From Daphnia carinata (lineage: Eukaryota): a DNA stretch of 64,000 nt. Numbering within the stretch: position 1 is the stretch's first letter; every line of letters starts with the position of its first letter. Positions 39,901 to 53,182 of the stretch are shown here, piece by piece. The stretch covers positions 186,001-250,000 of the forward strand of contig NC_081331.1 of NCBI RefSeq assembly GCF_022539665.2. The letters are read 5' to 3'. The translations under genes were made by a program, and so were the position numbers. Under the pieces are notes generated by a model, which worked only from the letters and a program-made list of their open reading frames with translations, was not told where the DNA came from and did not search any database.

Positions 39901-42900
39901 ATGGCGCCGCACGGCGGTCGCAAATTGCTCAAATTCCTCATTCTCTTCGAGAACTCGTCGCTCCTCTTCTTCCCCGGCCAATTCCTCAGCGGCCGAGTCC
40001 TCGTCGAGCTCGAGGATGAAACGCCCGTCCTAGGTAAGTTCCTTTTTCCAATTTTTTTATTATTTTTTTTTTTTTTTTTTGATTTTGGCAACAGTTAAAC
40101 ACAATAATGCAAGACGCGAGAGTGAGGCACGCTAACGACGTCGTTCATTCTATTCAAACGGGTATAAAGAAATGAGGATGGAAAGAAAAACGTCAAGCAT
40201 TTCATCATCGTTCGTTTGCTCGTTCAATTTTCTTCACCTGGAAAAAGTGGCAAAAGCCCATTTTGATCAAATCCATTCGACTGCAATAAAGCACCCACCC
40301 ATAAAACTCTCTGCTGTGTGTTAAAGGGGTGAGGCTTCCAAACACCATAACGCAGTGAGTTATGCATTTCCCCACCTATTTTTTTCTTCGTCGTGTTTGT
40401 ACCGCAGCGAACGGATCTAACGGTACAAGACGCGGGAGTCGGAATAGCGAGCGTGAAAAGAAAACTCGCCTCCCCTCTGAAGCGATAACCTCTTTTCCCC
40501 TCACACCAAAACCAACAGCATCTTATCAAAATAAAGCCAAAGAGTGGCTCGTTTTCAAAGACCATCATTAAAAAGGCCATATGCATCAGTAGCTGTAATT
40601 TAGGTTTAACCTTACGTGCGAATACACTGTGTGAGCTATTGCTAAAATAACATAGTCATTAACGACTAGGCACACCGAAAAAAAGAAAGAAAAATATGAC
40701 ATCACCGGGTAGATGATGTCATCAAACTATGCACGGTAGCCTCCCCCCACTTTCGACGCTCTTCGTCTTGCTGTGTTATTTTAGCCAGTTGCGAATAGGT
40801 CACGCTTTGAGGTCACCCGAGTGGGGCGTGACGACTTGTCAAACGATCTGGTTTCACACATCTCATTCGAGCTAAAACAAAAACAAAAAAAAATCCCGCG
40901 CCTGCCTACATAACATTTCGTTACTTTTGCATCACAGCTAACACACGCACCATTTCTTTCGTTCGGGAGGTTATTCACGTTTTCTTTTTTTTTTTTTTTG
41001 GCCCACAATCATAAGTCACACATCCATCCCGACACAACCTTTTCTTTTTCCACAGGTTCCTTTTTTTTCTGAATAGTTTTGCATTGTAGCGGGAGTCACG
41101 CAACGTACACACACACAAAAGGTTATCGACTCCATACGTTTTATAAAGGACGAGCTTATTTCTGGGAACATTGGCACAAAAGAAACGAAACAAAAAATGA
41201 AGACTTTTGTTTCGTCAAGTTCACATCAGGTACACTGAACGTTATGCATAGCGGTACGATCCTTTATGTGTCATTTGAATATACCCCGACATGGCCGCCT
41301 GTGTGGGATTGAAGCCGGTTGACGCATATCCGATGTATCGCGGGGGGAGGGGGGGGGAATCAATTCCAGACAGGAATGTGCTGAGCTTTGATTTCTTCGT
41401 TTCGATCGTGAAACGCCATTTTTGAATTAAAAAAAAAGGACTACCCGCTGGCTTTCTTCTAAGAAAATGCATGCGAGGCTGTGTAAGAAACAAACAAGCG
41501 ATTGGCTTTACATACACGGGACGAAATGGAACGCCCATTGTGTAAATCTGCTGCTGCGCGACCTCTCCCCGAAAATGCCGAGCTTCGTTTAACCTACAAG
41601 AAACAAACGAGAATCGTGTATTGCGTGAGTCTCTGGCTTGGAATTATTGGAAGGTACGGCCTTGATTGCAGGCATATCTTATTAGTTGTACACATAGACT
41701 GTGTTGTGTAATAGGTTTTTTGAGCCTCCCTCGAAGGGCGGCCAAACATTTGTGTGACGTATTGATGTTGGCCAGCAGCCCAAACGTTTCTTTCGTTTGT
41801 GTGTATATATATTGCCGTGTGTGTGTGTGTGTGTGTGTGCGTTATGATGGATGGTGTTTGATGAGAGATCCGTTCAACGATGGGAAAGAGCCGTAAGCGC
41901 GTCCGGCACAAACGGCCCCTTTTTTTCTCTTGGAAGAAGCAAATAACTAGGAAAGCAGAAACAAATTCAAGCCTTTGCTGGATGATTGGTTGACGGTGCC
42001 TTTTATAGTGCGTCTTCTCTTGATGGCCCCCCTCTTTTGTTGGGTCGTGCACGGCCTTGCTGCGTTCACTCTTTTGTATGTCGAACGGGTGAAAATGAAA
42101 TGTGCAGCCTCCCAAAACGATGCGAAAAATGGGGTGGACATTTCACTCGTTCTATTGCCCGTCTTAATCGTATTAGAAGAATAAAGAAAAGAACTTTGGT
42201 TTCTCGTTGAAAAGAGAACGACCGACGAAGCAGGGATTGCATGTAATACGAAGGAATTCACGAACCATGCCCAAAGAGATTTCACGGCTGATGATTTCAT
42301 GCGCCGCTTGTCGTCACCACACGAAGGCAAACTATACGGCACCACCGTCTGCGCATTACGTGATCATCAGGCCAGCCAAAAGAGAAACACAGATTTTTAT
42401 ATAGGCACACGAAACTCGAAGAGACACGCGTGAAAAGTTTGGCCGCAAATAAACACAACGAAAGAAAAAGAGGCAAACACGTTTGAAAGACAAGACTCTT
42501 CTTTCACCCTCCTTACGGACGATTCTTTATTATTACGATGCCTTTTTACGATCTTTAAGCCACACGTTTTTTTATTTTTCATTTTGGCTTCGATACTACG
42601 TCTGACACGATGAGAATCATCGCCAACGAAACGCTGTTTTTCCCTTCCAATATTCCGTTCTGTCATCATCATCGGAAATAGATAACATTTTATTATAGAC
42701 AGTAAGCAGTATGAAATCGTAAAACTTGTTCCGTGTCTGGCGACCCCGTTTCAAACTTACCACGCAACAAAAAAAAAAAACGTGCAGTTAAACGTGAAAA
42801 ATTACACAGCCCAAAACTGAAATGAATTGGAAATGGCTGACTTGGTTATATTGAAAACGAGTAAGTGGGGTCTTGTTTAACCGCTCTTGAAATTCTGTCG

Positions 42901-45900
42901 ATCAATTTACCAAAAACTGACGGCCCAATGATCGATAAATGTTTCCCCCCCCCCCCCTTCCATTTCTTCGGGATTTTCTCCGTGACGATGCGATGCTTGC
43001 GTGCAGTGCGATCTTGTCGGGATGCAGCGTTGCGTGCCAGCCCGAAACAGTTGTACGCACGATGATGGCTTGTAGGAGGAGTTGTTGCTCCTGCTGCCGG
43101 GATGTCCGGGTAAAAATGCAAAAAGATTCTTGTGTACATACTTACACGGAATAAATGGTCGACCTATACAGTATAGAAAATTGTGATATCTATACGACGT
43201 ACGTGTACAAAATAGCCGTGCGTCTAAACGCGGTTCTCCTATGATGCATGAATCAGTAATCACGCGGATGCGCGGGTTTGGCACTAGAGCCAATAACGCA
43301 CCATGTCCGGGAACATTTTTTTTTTTTTTGTGTGTGTGTTCTTTTCCAACCTTTTGTTTTTTTTAAAAAAAAAAAAAAAAAAATGTGCTTGCAATCTTCT
43401 TTGTAATTAAGTCGGTGTATATGTATAGGCTGGAGAGGACTATATATATGTGCGCACGACAGTGTATAACTGACATAACAGCTGGCCATCTCCCACCACC
43501 GTTGCAACAATCAATCAAGTCTACATTGATTATCGAGGCCAATCACCGCGTAAGTATATTTACAGCACGTAGCCAACGTGTTTTTCAGCGGATAATGACG
43601 TCATATTGAAATGGGACGGAAACAACTAGCGGCTTGGATAGAGAAGGAAGGAAGCAAGACATACTTTACATTGAAAAATATAAAAAAGGCTAAAGGCGAA
43701 ATCGTGTTTGCGGCGAATATTCACGCATGTCAATGCGGCACAGCTTTTTGATAAGAAAACAAGGAAAGGAGGGCTCGCCCGTACCTCATCTGCTTCGGCC
43801 GGAAGGAGGTGGGCTTGTATCACCACAGCAGCAGCTCTTTTGACACACACCAGCCAAATGCATCCATCACGCAGCGTGATTTTCAAAGAGAAGCTGTCTC
43901 ACCACATCCTTTTTGTTTTCCAACATTTGGTTCAATCCTATCGTCGACAGCGTTTCATCTGCTCCCGTTCTATTCTTTATCCCGCGTGTAAATGAATTGT
44001 ACAAAGAAAAGAACAGACGTTTTCTGTTTATCTTTAACAGTCGAAACACAATTGCAGCTGTTTGTAGATTTATTAGAGTCGTGGAGGGTTGCGTGAGCCG
44101 AAGAGTTGGTCATTGTGTTGGCCGCTTAGTTTCATTGGCTTTTGGCAACGGTACATCGGTCGCAAACGATGTCCTTAAATACCTGATAATGAACCTCTTT
44201 GCTTGCCATGTGATACACCTGACCTCTCCAACGGGATTTTCGAAAACAAGTAAAATCGAAGAAACGTTCGTGATTGGTTTTTCAATGGGCTTGTACGTTT
44301 ATGAAATGCACACACACGACGTGGCACCGTAAAAATCCTACCGGTTAATGAAGAGAAATGTTCAACTCCCCAACCGAGTGTCCGGTTGTGTGCTGTCTGG
44401 CAAAAGAGAAGTCATCATCGGGACAACCAGAAATACAAGAGAGGAGAGGTTGGGCAAAGACGTCGATGAACGAAAGACCGTGATTGTGTGGCCAAGAAGG
44501 GCGGGTTGAGTGCTGCACACACCTGCGCGCAGTTCAACACAAGTCCCGTATAAAATGGGTATTTACCTGATTTCGATGACACCCCTCCCTTATTGACGCC
44601 CTATGTATAGTTCGATACATTTATTGTTAAAAAATATGGAAAAGGGAGAGAGGGAACGGTTTGCCCTAGGTGGAAACGTGGTCACGGCGGTATGGGCAAG
44701 TATCAACAGTTATACTCGTTGTTTATGGTATTGTATCGGAACACGGCGCTTTACAAAGTACATTTTCTTATAAGAAACCGCTTTTTAATTCCTTCACCCG
44801 TCCGAAAATGATAAAAAAGACGAAAATTGCTTCAGGATAATTTGAAAAAAAAACTAACAATAAGCCATTTCCTGTCGGATTGGTTTGACCGCCGTACGAG
44901 GCTCATTTCAAACACGTTTTTTTTATTTTTTTTTCACCACCGAAAATAACTCGATAGACGAACCGATGCATTTCTCGTTTTGTCCTCGTCTTTTTCACGA
45001 TGTCCTCCCGCAAAATGTGCGAAGGTGTGCCACAACAATGTTTATCTCATAAAGCTTTCCGCTGAAAAGGAAGGTGTTGACAACCAACTTTTTATTCGTT
45101 TTTTTTTTTTTTTTTTCTGTGTGTGTGATGAATTTCTCCAACGTGAAAAGAAGACAAACGTGTCGACATCTTTTTGTTCCACGGGTTACAAACGTTATAA
45201 CGAGCCATGAACGACACGATCCCCAAACGGTTTGACAGCATTCCTCTTCGTGTTTTATTTCGTTTGACGGGGCACGTCGTTTCGTCTAAATCGAAAAATA
45301 CCAAAGGGTCATTGAAATTTTAAATGATGCAATCACGCAGCAGGTCACGCCACTACGGCATAACAAACAAACGCAGGGATCCTCTTCCTGTCCTCACGAT
45401 CAATCGAAAGCTTCAATGTTTTGTCTTACGGCTATGAATTGAATTAGAATAACGTGAATCCCCGTTGGAACATAACGTCGTTCGTCGTGCGACACAATAG
45501 ACGATGAAACATTGGGCACAGTTTTGATGTAATGCTTTGATGATGGCACGATGCGGAGACACTAACGGCGACTTGCACGTCTCATTGAATTCACGTCCAA
45601 CGGATTCGTTCACGCGGCCAATCTCTTGATTATTTTTCGATGCAGAAAAGAATTGTCAAAGTGATATTGCACACACCGTTATGAAAATGATTACACATCA
45701 TTTGAGAATAGAATTTCGAAAATAGTGAAGGGGCGTGATTGAATGTTTGCGGGCGGTGACCGACAGGGCGTTTGAAATTCACGCGTCAGTTCTTTTTTTT
45801 TTTACCTTAATGAGATTGCAATAAAATTGGATTGAACCTGCGTAGGGAGTGTTGAACATCGCCCAATTTCGTCTCGTTATTTTTGTTTTCTTACCATTTG

Positions 45901-48900
45901 TTGTTAGCTGGTCATTGAAAACTCGGATTCGAACCTCATTGACGCACGCTGGAAAAACCTATTTTTGGGCTTCGTTGTTTTTTTCGTGTGGCTTGCCTCG
46001 TTTCGTGACGCTATAATTTCCCACTAGGGCTGGCGTGGCTAGCGGTTTCCTCCACGTATCGTGTGCGTACATGACCGACGTGCCGCGTGATCGACTCCTC
46101 CTGTTAAGAGTGACGTCACCTCTTTGGGCCATTGCCGCATTTTTTCAACGTTCTTCATCCCGTTTCAGTTGCAAACACGACGGAACGTCTTCTCTCTTTC
46201 GTTTTTTTTTTTTGGACAATTTCATTTACGATTGGCCCGTAACGTCGGAACGGTTGGACGGACTAAAAACGGAATGTCACTTTAATCATCGCTGCTTGGT
46301 TGGCCCAGCGATGCAACTGGCAAGAAATCGCCGGTTGATAAACGCAAGACTCCTTGACTTACCCGTTTTTGTATTTATTTTCCAATGTCAGAACTCGTGT
46401 CCCTGGCAAAACCGAGAATTTATTTTTTATCCATTCCATCAACACATTCTCGTGAGTCCCGCCATAGAATCCGTTGACAATCATCTTGATCGCGTCCTTC
46501 GTTCCAAGTTATTGCACGCCGCGATTTGCACAGCTGTCAGCTATTGACCAGACAACAGCTATCCGTCTCTCTGTTCAAATGTGCATTCTTCGTTTTCTTT
46601 TTTTTTCTGCCATAATAATAGGTGGTCAGAAAAAAAACCAACCGCGGGCACATGATGATGCATTGCCTCAAGTTGGGTTTTCAAAGATGAGAGTGTCTAT
46701 GTCGTAAAATAAAAAAAAAAAAAAAGGCTGCGCCCAAAACGCGAGAAAAGAATATGGCACTGCATAAAAATAATTTCAAGCTGACAAATAGCCGGGGCGA
46801 AGAATTGATGGAGTAGATACGCACAACCAACGGGTCGGATGGGCCATTTGTAAGAAAGAGGATGAGCCATTAGACAGCAGCAAGACGGGGCATGATGCTC
46901 ATGTCAGGTATCGTAAATAGAATGTGTCGTCATCCTTGCTGTATATCGTGTACGTATCTCTCTACGTACAAATGTACAGATAGATAAATGTCTAAACATG
47001 TTCGCCAAATGACTCATTGGGGCGTGTCTGCGTCCTATTTCTCATGTTTTCCTTTTTGTACAAGTCTTGATGTCTAATTGTTTTCATTGTCTCTTTTCCA
47101 CGTAGGCTTGTTCTTTCACGTCGTCGGCGAGGGAGTGGTGCGACTATTGAAGAACGGCCGGCAGCACATCAGTGACCGGGAGAACTACATCGATTTCCGC
47201 ATGCGACTCCTCGGGGAGCCAGGTATACTCCTTTTTTTTTTCAATTGATTTCGCTCTACGACATCGTGTGTTTTTTTTTTAAGTGTGACACATCTGCCGT
47301 ATCTTTTGTTTGCTTCAACAGAGAGCACGTCTCTCAATTGTACGTATGTGTGTCATATTCATAAATCAAACAGCAGTGGCAACAATAACAACCACCCGTC
47401 GCTTCTTCAAAATCCGGCTGTGGTATCAGTCTTTCTCTCTCTCTTTTTTAAAACCCAGTTGATTAGTCGATTGTACGTTCATAATACGTCGTGAACATTC
47501 GGTCTAGTTCGTGTGTCGGTCATAAACACACCGTCCCCTACATCTTGCTTTCTTTTTTTTTTTTTTTCATTGGGTCAATGGGAAATTCTAAATGAAATTG
47601 ATTTTGAACGAGGTGTATGGTCAATGAGAAATTGTATTTGAGCTGTTCCGTGAAAAGTCAAGGTGTAACGATGAAAACAATCGCCTATAGAACGAGAGAA
47701 AATGGAAAAATAATGATGGGAAACTGTGTGAGAAAGTTCTAGTTTTATTTCGTTTTCCAATCGTTCGGTTTTTTTTATTGCCTTCGTTTCACCATTACGT
47801 TTAGTGAACTCTTGCTGACCATGGCCGAATAAAATAATATTGGAAACAAGAAATGGCTGGGTAGCGTGACTCTCCAAGTTTAACGGCATGTTCATCTGTA
47901 TCGATTCAGACAGGAGTCTGTCTTAACATTGCACCTGTCCATACATGAGACACATCACGCATAATAGCCGTAAAGTTATGCGAGAGATGACGTGCAACGA
48001 GTATGGGGGGTTTATCCGTTAAGTTCCGTTATATACCTGAAGTATAGACATCGTCAGGGCCACACGCACGAAAGAAACTTGAAGATAGAAATCTTTCAAC
48101 TTGAACGCGAAAGTTTACTATTTCTTAGCAGTGATTAGGATTGAAAAGGTTGACGAAGACGAGTGGGAACAAAACAAGTCGAGCTCAATAATTAGAAAGA
48201 GGTGAATCACCAATTCAAACGTCCATAAACGGAACAAGCAAAACGTGTTGGAAATCTTCGAGTTGATGTTAAGGAAGAGATGGGAGGGACGTCGCAAAAA
48301 CCTTGTTATCAAACGGTTCATATAATTAAGGCAACACGTTGTATTGAGTGCACCGAACGAGTGGGTTCACGTCAAATCTAGTTCAACACCGGATGGGCCC
48401 TTTTTGCTTTTAAATATCATTTTTAACCACAAGAGTTGCGACGCCGCCAAAACATAATGAGCTATTGAATGTGTCCAAATAGTTGGACGTTTCTTTTTAT
48501 TGCCACTCTCTTTGTCTTTGCCGAGTGGTTGGTTGATGTTGCCTTGCTGTTTGGTCGGCTACGACGGACACAATGTATTCTGTACAACTCGCGTAAATAG
48601 GAATGTAATAACAAACAACTTGATTGTCCCGATTTATCAGGGCAAGGACCTGTCCTCCTCTCGCCCGGAATCCACAGCTTCCCCTTCAAGCTAGGTCTGC
48701 CGCTCGGTCTGCCGTCCACCTTCCTCGGCAAACACGGATGGGTCCAGTACTACTGCAAAGCCGTAAGTTGTTTCTTTTTTTTTTTTTTTGATTGATTCAA
48801 TGCATCCGTTTAGGACGAGGCATTTCGCCTAGTAGTCGATGATGGCGCCTTCCATCAGCCCACCAAATCCATCACGACCACTACACCTGATTATTGTAAT

Positions 48901-51900
48901 GATGTGCTTTTTTTTTTTTTTTTTTTTGGAAAAGAAACACGCGCCAGCAAGAAGAACGTATTTCAGAATCAAATCGATTGTGTAAATGTGCAGCATTTAT
49001 TTTCAAGTCATCCATTACTTGGAGTGGACGTCGTCTTTTCACAACACTTTGCCTCTATGAGTTAGATCCAAAGTCGGCATTATTATAACATTTTTCTTTC
49101 ATTTCTTTTTGCATCTGTTTGGTGATACGGTGAATAAACAGGCGTTCCGCGAGCCCGCCGGCCTTCTGCACAAGAACCAACAGGTGTTCATCGTGATGAA
49201 TCCCATCGATCTGAACCTGGAGCCGCCCATACTAGCTGTAAGTAATGCACCTTTCGGCTTTTCTTATAGACGTCTAAATAAAAACCCAAAGCTATGGGCT
49301 ACTTTATAATGGCCAATAGATTAGAGCCAAGTCAGCTGATATGCCAACGCTGCCCATATCTAAACAATGATGGTCGAGTGGGCACGCAATAGGTGTATAT
49401 CCCCATCGGCGTCAATGTACCAGCGACGCCCGTCTTATCTTGTGGGTTAGAGACGCCGTACATAACCGTGAAAACGAGAGCTATTATCCTACCGCACCTA
49501 AAGAAACCGTAGACGCCTCTATTTTCAATTCATAACTGCGCGTTCATGTAGACGTTCTGTGGCGCAGTTCGAATCATTTCAGCATAGACGAGGAGCTTCT
49601 CTTTTTGTTCATTCCTTTTAGCCTTTATTAATAATTCGTCTGGCCAAAGTAGCTTCACGTGTCGTCGCACGTGAATTGCCATTTTTTTTTTAACGTCGAT
49701 CGGGATCGATCGAGGCCTTTCAGATTCCCTTGCCGTATCACATCCGTTGCGCACAATAACGGCCAAAACAAAACAAAAAAACATCTGTCTCTTTTTCGAC
49801 GCCAGACTGACGGACGTCGTGCCATTTCTTTAAACCGTTACATGTCTATATATACAATCGTTTAGATATTTCGTTTTTTTTTTTTAAATCTGTTTTGGCC
49901 AATTCTTTTTTTTTTTTTTTTGATCTTCTCGTTAATCGGTTGGATGAAATCTCGTGGGTGATGACGTCGTTTCAGTACGCTTTGCAGAACTGTGCACACT
50001 GCCGGCTGTTATGTCTTCTTCTTCAGCATTTTTTTCTTATATTTTTGAACTCTATCTTTTATCAATATGTACGCTCTTATCATCCGTCGCTCGATGCTTT
50101 TTGTTGCTATGGTGAACGGGAGTGAGGAATAGCTCCTGCTGCTACCGGATGAAATGATCGGCCTTTTCGGCATTGGCTCTTGCCAGCTGGCCGTATCAAT
50201 CCGCTATTTATGCAACGGTAGCTCCTGCTGCTGCGTTCACTCGACTGTATTTATTTTTTAAAAAAAGGGCAGATTTCTTTTTTGTTTTGCACATTTTTTT
50301 TTTTTTGCTTGGAATTCGGCAAGAGATCGGTTAATGTCCCGTCAAAGAAACGCCCAATCAGTTGTATACAGCTCAGTCAGCCGCAGTTATTGATGGCGGT
50401 CGGATGATGGTACCACTATTACATATATAAAAGAAAAATAAGTTGGAAAAAAAAAGTGTGTGTGTGTGTGTGGAAAGAGATTATTACATGTTGCGATATG
50501 CATATGCTTTCTGATGTATTATGCATCGGTAATAACTTACAGACATATTATGCAGCGGCATAATAACGCAAAAGACGATGAATATAAGCAGTGCGGCTTT
50601 ACTTCAATCAATAGCGCACACAGCGATGACCGCCTGCTGTACACTGCACGCGTGCATCGTGAACGAAAGAAAGGAACGTGACACGTGACGACAGACGAAG
50701 AAAAAAAAAATACGTCGTTTGTTTAATTCCTTAAAAGTTAGTGGAGCGGGCAATCCTTCCATGATTGCCTTGGCGTGTATGCAAAACGTGCCGTTCGATT
50801 AGCATTTCTCCGTGAAAAGGAGACGCCAACAACAGGCTCTTTCTCGCTCATTAATTGCCCAATAGCCATTGATTTTATACGACCCGATCGATTCTATTGG
50901 AAAAAAAATGCAGGCAATTTACAAATGATTTGTTGTATAAAGGCAATAACGAGGACGCAAGTTTCTCTCCTTGTGTGGCTGCTCCCGCTGCTCAGTTGAA
51001 AGAAAAAAAGGGCCAGATTATTTTCCATCTATCGATCTCTCCGTGGTGATGTCAGGCATAAATCCATCCCTATTTTTATTGCACATTGAATACCTTAAAC
51101 GGCAAGGACCATATCAAAAGACGTTCATTCCCCCCTTTTTTGTCTCACTGCTCTCATTCCCTATTCGTTCGTATAAAAGATGGGCTGATCTCTGGCACAA
51201 AACAAGGACTGTTATCATATGGTTACAGTAAATATTGGCCGTCTGTGAAAGGGTTCGCTGTTATTGATCGGTGCGTCTTCTTCCTCCATATCTCCGCCTC
51301 TAATGCTCCGATTTTGCGAATAGACAAATAAAGAAGAAGCTGGGACGTTCGTTTATCATTCAATCAACTGCTGTAATTGGAATTGATTTTCACTTGCCAC
51401 TATGTCTCTTCCGTCTCGTCCACCATCGTGCGATTTATTGTTTCGAAAAGCGCTGCAAATAGCAGCCGTTTGTTTCCGCTCGTCGTAGGCGTTCATTTCT
51501 TACTGTAGAAAAAGGAAAAACTTTAGTTATTCTATAACAATGTCTTGCGAGGCTCGCTTCCCGTTTCCGCTATTGTTTAATGCCCGAAATCATCGTGAAA
51601 CGAGACGGGTTGCGCGCGCACGATCACGCGCTGCCCGAACGATTAGGAAAGAAGAAACGGCTCAGACGAATCGCAATTCAATGCGACAAGACACTTTGTG
51701 ATTAATTCAGGTAGCTTTACCATCACGATTTCTATACACTTTTTGCCTAATCTATTTCGATGATGTCCCTGCGATATACGCACATCGTTCACCGGCCATG
51801 ACATACGCGCAAATGAAAAGCAATGCGTTTCGCGACTAGAAGAAAGAAGCCGTTGGCCCGCATGTTACACTTTTGATTTTAGCTGATCATTTGCAACGGA

Positions 51901-53182
51901 ATCAAAGAATGGTGGGCGTTGCGCATCCAGCGCTAATACGGGTCGCCCCACCATCATTCACGTGCATTGTCGGTAAATAGCAGTGGTGTGTGCGCACCGT
52001 ATACGTGTTATGTGCCTTGTCGGTTTTGAAAACATTCCACGTTACGTAGCAAGTCGTTGACTCACGAAAAATCGTGGCCGACGCGAAAATATAAGGGTCT
52101 CTTTTCTGGCAAGAGATCATCTTTGTTTACGGGCTTACTTCAACTCTGCATATCGTGCCTTACACGTTATTAATATAGACTCAGTTGTTTGTATATGACT
52201 AACGTTTGATTTATTTATTCTTGTATTTTTGCCCCGGTGTGTTATTCGCTTGGTTGGCCACATCTCAGCAACCTTTCCATTGTGAAATCGAGCACCGGTT
52301 GGGCTTGAACTGCTTCACATCGGGACCCGTGTCGTGCCGCGTGCGATTGGATAGAGGCGGATACGTCCCCGGAGAAACGATCGGCATCTGGGCCTCTGTT
52401 CACAATCAGAGCCGCGTCACCATCAAACGGACCAAAGCTTCATTAACAGAGGTAACATTTTTTTTTTTTTTTTGTTTCTTTTTCTTAATTTAATGGGCAT
52501 GTCATCCTAAAGAGAGTTTCTCTTATAAGATCAATAGCTTTAACTAGGGCCCATTAAATATTCGTAAAGACAAAGGGTTTCACGTAGAGTACAATCAGTG
52601 GAAACAATGTCCGTTCGATTGTGCATTGCTTATAGATTTGCAATGAAAGTATCGAATGGGCTTGTAAAAAAATTATGAATTACACGTAGACTATTCAATA
52701 CATGGCCAAAAATCGAGTGGTGCAAACGGAAACGCGAGAGCTGGCCTCGCTCAACCGGGGCAAAATCAAAGCCGGCGAGACGGACGATTGGAGAAACGAA
52801 CAGCTCTACGTCCCACCGCTGCCGCCGACCAACCTGAGAGGATGCCACATCATCCGGATACAGTACGACGTCTTTGTAAGTTTACCAAAACAAGAGTTGT
52901 CTTCTCTAGCCGACAGACACAGACATGCAAAAAAAGAAATGCTTTGAATAATGAATGTTGAGTTAAAAAGAAAATTCATTTTCTTTTTTCTTGCTGTTGG
53001 GCGCATAGTTCCAAATCGAGCCGCACAGCATGGAGAAACCCATCAAACTGCAGCTGCCCATCATGCTGGCCACGTACCCGCTGCGGGGCGACGACGGCAC
53101 GTTGAGGAGGAAGCGAGGCGCCCACTACCCATCCACTCTGCCCATTTTCCGTCCATGGCTGGACGAGAAGACGTTTGATTGA
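39901..53182 (+). CDS. Vdup1: Alpha-arrestin (arrestin domain-containing protein), Vdup1/TXNIP-ARRDC type, ~336 aa
   Basis: Exons 39901-40033 (an in-frame upstream ATG at 39874 is also possible), 47106-47222, 48641-48762, 49142-49237, 52269-52451, 52690-52875, 53009-53182. Arrestin_N motifs FPGQFLSGRV and LSPGIHSFPFKLGLPLGLPSTFLGKHGWVQYYCKA; Arrestin_C motifs LDRGGYVPGETI and LYVPPLPPTNLRGCHIIRIQYDV. The gene symbol rests on recalled similarity to the Drosophila protein and is less certain than the family call. Confidence 0.88.
49654..49675. promoter_or_regulatory. Tandem perfect E-boxes (TTCACGTG-N6-CACGTGAA) in an arrestin intron
   Basis: CACGTG at 49656-49661 and 49668-49673, 6-nt spacer, symmetric flanks. 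Confidence 0.4.

Noticed and set aside
45925..45935. Perfect Pol III B-box / tRNA T-arm-like GGTTCGAATCC on the minus strand
   Set aside because: No properly spaced A box, no cloverleaf, and an intervening T5 run.
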